A stretch of DNA of 64,000 nucleotides, taken from assembly GCA_038087875.1 (NCBI GenBank), contig CM075987.1, positions 26,848,001-26,912,000 on the forward strand, given 5' to 3'. The stretch comes from Malacoraja senta. Taxonomy: Eukaryota. The position numbers and the translations under genes were made by a program. This document shows, piece after piece, positions 1 through 10,600 of this stretch; position 1 is the stretch's first letter, and each line of letters begins with the position of its first letter. Below the pieces are notes generated by a model. It worked only from the letters and a program-made list of their open reading frames with translations, was not told where the DNA came from and did no database searches.

Positions 1-205
1 CTCCACCCCCCTCTGAGGCAGAGAATTCCACAGACTCACCACTCTCTGTGAGAAAAAGTGTTTCCTCGTCTCCGTTCTAAATGGCTTACTCCTTATTCTT
101 AAACTGTGGCCCCTGGTTCTGGACTCCCCCAAAATCCAACGTGTCCAAACCCTTAACAATCTTATATGTTTCAATGAGATACCCTCTCATCCTTCTAAAC
201 TCCAA
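1..205 (-). mobile_element. CR1 LINE 3' fragment (HER1-like), running off the window start
   Basis: Reverse complement matches the CR1 ORF2 C-terminal segment (FFSQRVVSLWNSLPQR-type) seen in many other copies here. Confidence 0.8.
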
Positions 206-282
206 ACTCCACAAACTCAGTAGCTCAACAGCTATGCTTTATCTGGTGCATTTTGCCTTGTGACTGTCTGTAATAGGTTGCT

Positions 283-600
283 GGGTGACACGGTGGCGCA
301 GCGGTATAGTTGCTGCCTCGCAGCGCCAGAGACCCGGGTTCGATCCCGACTACGGGTGCTGTCTGTATGGAGTTTGTACGTTCTCCCCCGTGACCTGCGT
401 GGGTTTTCTCCGGGATCTCCGGTTTCCTCCCACACTCCAACGACGTACAGGTTTATAGGTTAATTGGCTTGGTATAATTGTAAATAGCGGGTGGTGTGTG
501 TAGGATAGTATTAGTGTGTGGGGATCGCTGGTCGGCGCGTACTCGCTGGGCCAAGGGGGAGTTTTTCCGCGCTGTATCTCTAAACTTAATTAAACCAAAA
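283..600 (+). mobile_element. tRNA-derived V-SINE (HE1-like), full length
   Basis: A-box GTGGCGCAGCGG, B-box GGTTCGATCC, V-domain (GGAGTTTGTACGTTCTCCCCGTG...GGTTTCCTCCCACACTCC), CR1-type tail ending TGTATCTCTAAAC. Confidence 0.9.
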
Positions 601-995
601 TAAAGTTGTTCTTGATTTTGAGGGATATTTCTTTTACACCATCTTACTTTCCCTGTAGTGTCAAGAGAAAGACCCAAACACTGATGTTACACTTGTTTTT
701 TCAACTAACTAGTATGTTTTGCAAAGCTCTCAGTCTACGAAGACATTACCAATTCACCCAGAGCTATACATTCCCCTATTTTGTCACTTAATTAAAGATC
801 TGAAGTGAAAATATGTTCAACCCTGTCTGGTAAATAATACTAATTAAAATGTTAATTAATTAACACTGCAGTTAATTATCATTAAAAGTATTTATATAAA
901 AGAATTGTGAAACTTAAAGTACAGAAATACATTTGTCACAGATCTGATTAAACTGAGAAAGCTTTCCTTTTATGCAGGAAGGAACTGCAGATGTA

Positions 996-1310
996 AGGCA
1001 GCATGGTGGTGCAGCGGTAGAGTTGCTGCCTTATAGCGCCGGAGAATCGGGTTCGATCCTGACAACAGGTGCTGTCTGTACAGAGTTTGTACGTTCTCCC
1101 CGTGACCTGCGTGGGTTTTCTCCAAGATCTTCGGTTTCCTCCCACACTCCAAAGACGTACAGGTTTGTAGGTTAATTGGCTTGGTGTAAATGTAAATTGT
1201 CCCCAGTGTGGGTGGGTAAGATAATGTTAGTGTGCGGGGATCGCTGGTCAGCACGGACTCGGTGGGCCGAAGGGCCTGTTTCCACGCTGTATCTATAAAC
1301 TAAACTATAT
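996..1310 (+). mobile_element. V-SINE (HE1-like) inserted into a PLE-derived short repeat
   Basis: Same SINE consensus with (CTAAA)n tail; flanks rejoin as AGGAAGGAACTGCAGATG...CTGAAAGAAGACGGACACAAAATGCT. Confidence 0.85.
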
Positions 1311-1631
1311 CTAAGATGCTGAAAGAAGACGGACACAAAATGCTCTATAATTGGTGAACTTGTAAATGTAAGCGACTATTAATTTGATGAAATGAAAGAT
1401 CAGCTAATTATTTGTTCTGGAGATAGACACAAAATGGTGGAGTAATTCAGTGGGTCTGGCAGCATCTCTGCAGAAAAAGTATGTGACGTTTCGGGACGTT
1501 TCTTCAGACCTTCCTTGTGTTCTATTGTGTAATTTAGAATTACATATAAAGGGCTGATTAATCTATCCAGTCAAAGTACTGCTTGTGAAGAAGCAGCCAT
1601 TCCCAATCTGTTTGCCTTGCTTGTTCACATA

Positions 1632-2055
1632 TCAGAGTGAGGCTAAACGCAAATTGGAGGAACAGCATCTCATATTTCGCTTGGGCAGCTTACACCCCAG
1701 CGGTATGAATATTGACTTCTCTAACTTCAGGTAGCCCCGGCATTCCCTCTCTCTCCATCCCTCCCCCACCCAAGTCGCACCAAGTTCTCCTCTTCACCCA
1801 ACAAACAGCCCAACAACGGCCTGTTTCATTTATCATCGTTAATTTTTTGCATATCTTTTATTCATTGTTCCTTATCTCTCCGCATCACCATCTATATCTC
1901 TCGTTTCCCTTACCCCTACCCAGTCTGAAGCAGGGTCTCGACCCGAAATGTCACCCATTCCTTCTCTCCAGAGATGCCGCCTGTCCCGCTGAGTTACTCC
2001 AGCTTTTTGTGTCTATCTTCTTTTTAAACCAACATCTGCAGTTCCTTCTGACACA
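1632..2055 (+). mobile_element. Penelope-like element 3' end (GIY-YIG C-terminus + pLTR/3'UTR)
   Basis: Translates QSEAKRKLEEQHLIFRLGSLHPSGMNIDFSNFR*, followed by a UTR with CTGAAGCAGGGTCTCGACCCGAAATGTC. Confidence 0.8.
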
Positions 2056-2134
2056 TTGCTCACATATTTGTTCATTTTCCCCTTAATTATTTCTTCAACT
2101 ACCAGTCTAGCCTCTGGTTAGATGTCTGACTTTA

Positions 2135-2590
2135 TAAGTTCATAAGGTCATATGTGATAGGAACATAATTAGGCTATTCGGCCCATCGAGTCTAATCCAC
2201 GATACAATCATGGCTGATCTATCTCTCCCTCCTAACCCCATTCTCCTGCCTTCTCCCCATAACCTCTGACGCCCGTTCTAATCAAGAATGTATCTATCTC
2301 TGCCTTAAAAATATCCATTGACTTGTGGCCTCCACAGCCTTCTGTGGCAAAGAATTCCACAGGTTCACCACCCTCTGACTAAAGAAATGTCTGCTCATCT
2401 TCTTCCGAAAGGAACGTACTTTAATTCTGGCCTCTGGTCCTAGACTCTCCCACTAGTGTAAACATCCTCTCCACATCCACTCTATCCAGGCCTTTCACAA
2501 TTCGGTAACTTTCAACGAGGTCCCCGCCCCTCATCCTTCTAAACTCCAGTGAGTACAGACCCAGTGCCGTCAAACGCTCATCATATGCGA
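2135..2590 (-). mobile_element. CR1 LINE 3' fragment
   Basis: ORF 2421-2642 includes YDERLTALGLYSLEFRRMRG...YRIVKGLDRVDVERMF (CR1 ORF2 C-terminus), plus the CR1 3'UTR. Confidence 0.9.
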
Positions 2591-3242
2591 TGAACCAGAG
2601 CACCCGGAGAAAATCCACGCTGGTCATTGGGTGAACGTACAAACTCAGTAACAGGTAGCAACCATGGTCAGGATCGAACCTGGGTCTCTGGCGCTGTAAG
2701 GCAGCAACTCTACCCCTGCGCCACCGTGTCGCCCTGTTGTTAAGGAAAAAAACATTGGCTAAGACAAGAAAGGGATTGTTTCCCTTTCAATATGAAACAT
2801 TAAACATTTACATGCTTAGATGTCACATAGATGGTATTAGTATCACTCTTCATTTTAATACATGTTAATGATCTGCACTTAGTTGTAAAAAGATTGGTTC
2901 AAAGCTTGAAAAAGATTCATAAACAATAAGTGGATTAGTATAGCTTTCAGGAGGAAATTATAATTCTATAAATTGGGTGATTCATTTCAAAGTAATTATT
3001 TTCTGAATTTATTTGTGAAACTGTAGATGAAAGCAAAAATGGAAAAACATTTGCTGTAGAGGCAACATTTAGAGAGAGGGCAAAGAAGGGTACAATGAAA
3101 TATTAAGATCAGTTTGCATCGTATTCATGATGTTGCAGAATTAAAATAACCAAAAGAAACAGTTCTCCTTTGTAACCGGCAGCCTCAAAAACATTGATCG
3201 CATAATTCTAGGAATTTCCAGGAATGTTTAATGTATAATCTG

Positions 3243-3740
3243 GGGGGCACGGTGGCGCAGCGGTAGAGTTGCTGCCTTAGACCGGAGACCCGGGTTCGAT
3301 CCCGACTACAGGCGCTGTCTGTAAGGAGTTTGCACGTTCTCCCCGTGACCTGCGTGGGTTTTCTCCGAGATCTTCGGTTTCTTCCCACACTCCAAAGACG
3401 TGCAGGTATGTCGATTGATTGGCTTGGTGTAGGTGTAAATTGACCCTGGTGTGTGTAGGATAGTGTTAGTCCTCACATTGTGTTTCTGAATTTTGTTGTT
3501 GTTGTTTTTTTGGATCGAATTTCTGTCTTTAATTTGTGTATTTGGTGATGTCTTTATAAATTATTTTACTCTGATTATATGTTTCTTTGTTAAATTTTGT
3601 ACGGTGTCCTTGAGACTTTTGTATAGGCGCCCATAAATAAAATTTATTATTATTATTATTATTAGTGTGCGGGGATCGCTGGTCAGCGCAGACTCGGTGG
3701 GCCGAAGCCTCTGTCTCCGCGCTGTATCCTTAAACTAAAC
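3243..3740 (+). mobile_element. V-SINE interrupted by an L2-type 3' tail (~3471-3663)
   Basis: SINE consensus split at TAGTGTTAG; insert ends GGTGTCCTTGAG...AGGCGC...AATAAA(ATT)n. Confidence 0.8.
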
Positions 3741-4034
3741 ATCAAAGCGATGAGGCTTTAGTGCCCTCACTCTCAGCGAGATTTAAATAATTATCGTTAA
3801 GGTGAAAGGAATTACAATTTTCTAATCCACTGAGTGTGAACAGTTAAAGAGAAATGTGGGTAATAATGAAGCCAAAACAAAATGGCTCGAAACGAAACCA
3901 AATTCACAAAATAGACACAAAATACTGGGGTAACTCAGCGGGTCAGGCAACATCTCTGGAGAAAAAGGGTTCCAGCATGAAATGTCGCCTATTCCTTTTC
4001 TCCAGAGATGCTGCTTGACCCGCTGAGTTACTCA

Positions 4035-4565
4035 AGTCAAGTCAAGTGAGTTTATTGTCATGTGTCCCTGGTAGGACAATGAAATTCTTGCTTTGCTTGA
4101 GCACAACAGAACATAGTAGGCATTTACTACAAGGCATTCTATAAATATATACACAATGGTCAATATACTGATAAAGTGCAAATAACAGTATTGGCTAGTA
4201 AAGTTCAGTGTTATGTCCGAGCCAGGTTTAATAGCCTGATGGCTGTGGGGAAGTAGCTATTCCTGAACCTGGTCGTTGCAGTCTTCAGGCTCCTGTACCT
4301 TCTACCTGAAGGTAGTAGGGAGATGAGTGTGTGGCCAGGATGGTGTGGGTCCTTGATGATGCTGCCAGCCTTTTTGAGGCAGCGACTGTGGTAGATCCCC
4401 TCGATGGAAGGGAGGTCAGAGCCGATGATGGACTGGGCAGTGTTTACTACTTTTTGTAGTCTTTTCCTCTCCAGGGCACTCAAGTTGCCGAACCAAGCCA
4501 TGATGCAACCGGTCAGCATGCTCTCTACTGTGCACCTGTAGAAGTTAGAGAGAGTCCTCCTGTAT
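4035..4565 (-). mobile_element. Rex1/Babar LINE 3' fragment
   Basis: LSNFYRCTVESMLTGCIMAWFGN...DPHHPGHTLISLLPSGRRYRS...RFRNSYFPTAIRLLN; 3'UTR ends TGACAATAAA+(CTTGA)n. Confidence 0.9.
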
Positions 4566-5708
4566 GTTGTGCCTATCTTCGGTACAAACCAGCATCTGCA
4601 GTTCCTTCCTATGCATAATTCAGCAGCTTTGGTGTGAAGCGCTGTCATTTTTTTTGACGTCAAACAGAAAATTCTGAGAACACACAGCACCTGGGGGATG
4701 AGAGACAATTAGCATTTCAAATCCAGGACGATTCTTCTCTCCAGAGATGCTGCCTGTCCTGCTGGGTTACTCCAGCTTTTTGGGTCTATCTTCAGTGTAA
4801 ACCGGCATCTGCAGTTCCTTCCTGCACAGTTCGTCTGCTCCACTGTGAAATCTCCTCAGAGTAAGCCTCCTCTCTCCGATGGGAGTTCTGCAGCACCCTC
4901 TCTCACTACTGTTCCCCCTCTGTGATTCTTCCTGCTCTCTTCCTGTCTTTCATTCATTTGTTCTTATATCTCTCGACATCACCGTCTATAAATATTTCTC
5001 GTCTCCCTCTCCCCTGACTCTCAGTTTGCAGAAGGGTCTCGACGCAAAACATCACCTATTCCTTTTCTACAGAGATGCTGCCCGTCCCACTGTTACTCCA
5101 GCTTGTTGTGTCAACCTTCAGTTGAAACCAGCATCTGTAGTTCCTTCCCACACCCACTGCAGAACTGGGGATCATAAGATCATTTATCATAAGCGATAGG
5201 AACTGAATTAGGCCATTCCGCCCATCAAGTCTACTCCGCCATTCAGTCATGGCTGATCTCTGCCATGATTCTCTGCCTCAGAGGGCGGTGGAGGCGGGTT
5301 CTCTGGATGTTTTCAAGATAGAGCTAGATAGGGCTCTTAAAAATAGCGGAGTCAGGGGATATGGGGAGAAGGCAGGAACGGGGTACTGATTGGGGATGAT
5401 CAGCCATGATCACATTGAATGGCGGTGCTGGCTCAAAGGGCCGAATGGCCTACTCCTGCACCTATTGTCTATTGTCTATTGTCTATCTATCTCTCCCTCC
5501 TAACCCCATTCTCCTGTCTTCTCCCCATAACCCCTGACAGCTGTACAGGGGGAAGAGAGAACGAGGATTATTTAGGTTGCAGAGAAGGGGGGAGAGAAAT
5601 GGGTGGAACAAAGATGTGAGTCTGGTTGACCTAATGTGGCAGATAAAGGGGCAATTTTTGTGTTGTGTTGCTGAAGGAAAGACTGAGGTAAATGTCCAGC
5701 TGGACAAA

Positions 5709-5709
<1 letters not shown>

Positions 5710-5745
<36 letters not shown>
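5710..5745. repeat. (CA)n microsatellite
   Basis: Direct observation. Confidence 0.95.
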
Positions 5746-5747
<2 letters not shown>

Positions 5748-6362
5748 TTATAGTGGAAAAATCGAGCCAAAATGCCGGCAAGCAAAATTGCCCAGTTCTT
5801 CTACACACAGGAACCATCTGCTTATTCAATCTAAAGCCAATCGTTGCCTATCTTCTGGTCCAACAACCTCCTGGATTTCTGGAATTTGTCCAAATATGTT
5901 TTCTCCAGAATCAGAAGCTGTTGGCAGAAGCCTGGGATTGGCCGTGACCAAGGAAGGAAAAGAGGATAGTAAGAAACTGTAGATAGAACATCTAATGCTG
6001 GCAATACTTGTTTTACTGCCTAGGTGAGGTCTGCTGTATGATTTAAACGGGTTGTAAGCAAAGCAAAGTATTTCACTGGTACACAAAAATGCTGGTGAAA
6101 CTCAGCGGGTGCAGCAGCATCTATGGAGCGAAGGAAATAGGTAACGTTTCGGGCCGAAACCCTTCTTCAGACTCTGGGCAAGTAGGTACAGTAGGTACAG
6201 TGAAAGTATTTCACTGTACCTACTGTAGGTACATGCGACTATGAAGTATCATTGACTCATTGAATTATTTAATTAACTCAGTGGGTCAGGCAGTATCGCA
6301 GAAGAAAAGGAATAGGTGACATTCTGACAGTCTGAAGAAGGGTCTGAACCCGAAATGTCACC

Positions 6363-6463
6363 TTTAGCGGCGTCCGGTGGTTGGGCCACTTGCCACACGA
6401 ACACTCAGCGGTCGGGGGTAGGGTCACGTGTAGCAAGTGGCCCAACCACCGGGTGCCGCCACA
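6363..6463. mobile_element. ~100-bp palindromic MITE inside a PLE-derived repeat
   Basis: 33-bp inverted repeats 6367-6399 and 6427-6459 (3 mismatches); flanked by ACC/ACCT duplication of the host GTCACCTATTCC. Confidence 0.75.
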
Positions 6464-6668
6464 ACCTATTCCTTTTCTCCAGAGATGCTGCCTGATCCGC
6501 TGAGTTACTCAAGTGTTCTGTGTTCTTTGTCTTGGCCAACTGAGATGGCAGATGGTAGATCCAAAGCATGAGGTGTGATTAAATGCACAATGATCAGTGA
6601 CTTTCTCCTGTGTTACCATTGGATTCCCAACATGTATCCCAAGCGATACGAACATTGACACTAGCACT

Positions 6669-7075
6669 CATCATCATCATCGGCGGTCAGTCGAAACGAG
6701 TATAACCTCTCATGGAGGACGCCTGTGCGTGACTTTGTGTAACGTGGGGAGACTGGTGCACAGACAGCCACCCCACGGTCCTTGACAGATCTGGGTCAGG
6801 ATCCAGTGGCATGGAGTCCAAGATGACCGGAGACCCTTTACTGCTGCAGCCTTCATCCGCCTTCCCAGCCGTTGTGACGCTCCACTAAGGTCAGCCATCA
6901 TCCTCCGCCTGTTCCACCGTTGAGGTCTTGGTTGGATTGCTCTTTGTCAGAGACATCCCCCTCATCCTTACCGCCATGGGTGACCCTACCAGGAGCAGAG
7001 CTCCAGACGGCATCGCTCTCAGGATCTCATGTCCACACAAGCTTCTCCACCACAACAAGGTGACAATCCACGGAA
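6669..7075 (-). mobile_element. RTE-derived non-autonomous retroposon (RTE/BovB-like 5'UTR joined to 3' end)
   Basis: Minus strand begins GGATTGTCACCTTGTTGTGGTGGAGAAGCTTG...GGTAGGGTCACCC...TGACAAAGAGCAATCC (RTE 5'UTR pattern); (ATG)n tail; TSD ACTAGCACT at 6660-6668 and 7076-7084. Confidence 0.8.
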
Positions 7076-7284
7076 ACTAGCACTAGCAGGATGACTAGGG
7101 TGGGGAAGGGACAGACAGAGAGAGAATGCAAGGGTCACTTGCTTAGATAAATCAATATTCCTCTGTTGGAGGACGACTGGACGACCTAATGTGAAGGTTC
7201 TTAAAGGAGAGCGGTGGAAGATCTATTACATTTTGAATAAAGAAAGTGAATAAATATATTTAATTGTTTTCGGTGGTTCATGGA

Positions 7285-7510
7285 ATCAGAGAGTCATACA
7301 GCACAGAAATAGGCCCATCGGATCAATTTGCCACATCCCACCTGCCCATGTTTGGCTCATGTTCCTCTAAACCTTTCATATCCATGTACCTGTCCAAGTG
7401 CCTTTTAAATGTTGGGATAGTCACTGCCTCAACTACCTCTTCCGGCAGCTCGTTCCAAACACCCACCACCCTCTGTGTGAAAAAGTTGCCCCTCAGTCTC
7501 ATATTAAATC
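7285..7510 (-). mobile_element. CR1 LINE 3' fragment
   Basis: RGNFFTQRVVGVWNELPEEVVEA...FKRHLDRYM. Confidence 0.9.
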
Positions 7511-7883
7511 GCCTGGATATATTCCATAAAAACACCTCACGTTTCACTCAGCTTTTCACAATTAAACTTCTGCATAATAATATAAAAGCAGGTAATAGCA
7601 CTGCCTTTCATCTTATACATTTGTTCTAAAAATTCAGATATATCATCGTCTTGAGCACAATTGAACAGTAATCTTTGATCATTACCGTTTGTCCTTTGTA
7701 TTTCAGCTTTTTATCCAGCAGCTATCACCAAATATAAAACGATTTCTAATTGTAGTAATCTTGTTCATTTATATTCTTTATTCCCAACCTGGCTGCTCAT
7801 CTTCCAGTAGTTTGACTTCAAATATTTCACATTCATTGCTTTCCTTTCGGAAGTTAATTTTGTCCGTAATACTCCAGCAGATT

Positions 7884-8560
7884 CTGTGGCACAGCTGGTA
7901 GAGCAGCCGTCTCACCGAGCCAGAGACCTGGGTTCGATCCTGACTTTGGGTGCTGTGGGCTTCTATGTGGAGTTTGCACGTTCTCCCTTGGACTGCGTGG
8001 GTTTCCTCCAGGTGCTCCGGTTTCCTCCCGCATCCCAAAGACGTGTGGGTTTGCAGGTTAATTGGCCACTGTAAACCACGCCAAGTGTGTATGGGGATGG
8101 ATGAGACAGTGGGATAATATAGAATATAGATAATGTAGGCTTTGATAGAGTAATGGTTAAATGAATGGACTTGGAGTTGGATCTGAGATCCAGAGATGTG
8201 AGTTTGTTCCACTGGAGCCACGAGGTAATATAAATTCAAGTTATTAAATAAATCAGAATTTTTCGGTGGCACGATGCACAGCGGCAAATCAACCTGCCTT
8301 ACAGCGCCAATGACCTGTGTTCGATCCTGACTATGGGTGCTTGCCTGTATGGAGGTTGTACATTCTTCCCGTGACCACGTGGGTTTTGTCCGGTTGCTCA
8401 GATTTACCCCCACACTCCATAAAGACGTACGTGTTTGTAGGTCAATTGGCCTCGGTGAAAATTGTAAACTGTCCCCAGTGTGTAGGATAATGCTAGTGTA
8501 TGGGAATCGCTGGTCGGTGCGGACTCAATGGGCCAAAGGTTTCCCCACTGTATCTCTAAA
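7884..8560 (+). mobile_element. Two diverged V-SINE copies (~7884-8100, ~8265-8560)
   Basis: A/B boxes and V-domain are recognisable. Confidence 0.75.
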
Positions 8561-8844
8561 AATAAACTTCTTACATAGGTCAGGACAAAACCCATCAGGT
8601 CCTTGGTTCCGTTCAACCATGGTCTTGTGAATTTCTCTAGCGCCACCTTTAGTGTGTATTGAATTTAGTTGGCTCTTTCTCTTAATTTATTGATAGATTT
8701 CCAATTGCCCCTGACACAATCCTCATCCTCTGTTATGAAGATCAATAGAAAGTAAACATTTAGTAAGCCAAGTACTTCACGTCCAACATTGTGTTTAGTC
8801 TGCCACTTAGTGCCTATATTATTCTCGATGCTCTCTATCTCATG

Positions 8845-9176
8845 TTAGACACAAAATTCTGGAGTAACTCAGCGGGACAGGCGGCATCTCTGGAGAGAAG
8901 GAATGGGTGACGTTTCGGGTCGAGACCTTTCCTCAGACTGAGAGTCAGGAGAGTGGGGTATGGAAGGGTAAGGTGTGAAAACACAGATCAAAGGGGCTCA
9001 ATGAGATGCAGAATGGGGATCGTTGTGAGCTGTTGGGGAAGATGACAACGAGGCATACAATCAGTAAGATTTAATCGGGGGACAGTGAAAAGGTTCGGAG
9101 AACTAGGAAGGGGAGGGATGGAGAGAGGGGGAAAGCAAGGGTTAGTTGAAGCTAGAGAAATCAATATCCATACCAT
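8845..9176 (-). mobile_element. Penelope-like 3' end
   Basis: Reverse complement of the 1632-2055 type, including GGTATGGATATTGATTTCTCTAGCTTC and a hammerhead-like core. Confidence 0.75.
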
Positions 9177-9515
9177 ATGTTCCCGATGTTGGGGAAGTCC
9201 AGGACAAGGGGCCACAGTTTAATGATAAAGGGGAAATCCTTTAAGACCGAGATGAGAAAAACATTTTTCACACACAGAGTGGTGAATCTCTGGAACTCTC
9301 TGCCACAGAAGGTAGTTGAGGCCAGTTCATTGGCTATATTTAAGAGGGAGTTAGATGTGGCCCTTGTGGCTAAAGGGATCAGGGGGTATGGAGAGAAGGC
9401 AGGTACGGGATACTGAGTTGGATGATCAGCCATGATCATATTGAATGGCGGTGCAGGCTCGAAGGGCCGAATGGCCTACTCCTGCACCTATTTTCTATGT
9501 TTCTATGTTTCTATG
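9177..9515 (+). mobile_element. CR1 LINE 3' end (young subfamily)
   Basis: FPMLGKSRTRGHSL...FFTHRVVNLWNSLPQKVVEA...; (TTTCTATG)n tail; near-identical to the 32690 and 46545 copies. Confidence 0.9.
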
Positions 9516-10600
9516 TCTGATACTCGCTATCTCTTTATATATTTTAAAAATCTTTAGCATTTTCCTTGTTATTTAGCCTGCATGAGCTTTCTTGCTTTTT
9601 TGCCGCATCTATTGATGTATTTGGAACACCTTAGCAGTGTTTTAAGTCTCACGCTGTCTCAGAGACCTCCAGTGATTTCCACCTTCAAATAAGCCCTTTC
9701 ACACTAGATTTCTGTTTATTCATGAGTATTTATTCATAGATATTGAATTCTACCAAATGCTCTCCTGTCTCCCAAAGTCCATTCATAGTTTCTCTCAGGT
9801 CCATGCCCCAGTCCTTCCAATACAGCGTAATGTATGTAAGAGTCTGAAGAAGGATCTCGACCTGAAACGTCACCCATTCCTTCTCTCCAGAGATGCTGCC
9901 TGCCCCGCTGAGTTACTCCAGCTTTTTGTGTCTATCTAAGAGATTAGAAGGATGAGGAGGGACCTCATAAGGTCATAACTGATAGAGTAGAGTTAGGCCA
10001 TTTGGCCGATCAAATCTACTCCACCATTCAATCATGGCTGATCTATCTCTCCCTTCTAACCCCATTCTCCTGCCTTCTCCCCATAACCTCTGACACCCGT
10101 ACTAATCAAGAATCTGTCAATCTCTGCCTTAAAAATATCCACTGACTTGGCCTCCACAGCCATCTGATTCACCACCCTATCATCTCCTTCCTAAAAGAAT
10201 GTCATTTAATTTTGAGGCTATGACCTCTAGTCCTAGACTATCCCACCAGTGGAAACATCCTCATTGAAACTTACTGAATAACAAAAATCCTGGATAATAT
10301 ACAAATGCAATGAATGCAGGCAAGTTAAATACAGTAAACCCTCTTTTACGGATCTCTTTATGATGAGCGCTTGACGGCACTGGGCCTGTATTCACTGGAG
10401 TTTGGAAGGATGAGGGGGTACCACATTGAAACTTACCAAATAATGAAAAGCCTGGATAGAGTGGATGTGGAGAGGATGTTTCCACTGGTGGGAGAGACCA
10501 GGACCAGAGGCCACAGCCTTGGAATTAACGGTGTTCCATTAGGATGGAGATGAGGAGGATTTTCTTTCATCAAAGGATGGTGAATCTGTGAAATTCACTG

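Noticed and set aside
283..360. tRNA-like A/B boxes here and at more than 20 other sites
   Set aside because: These are SINE heads continuing into V-domain and LINE-derived tails, not tRNA genes
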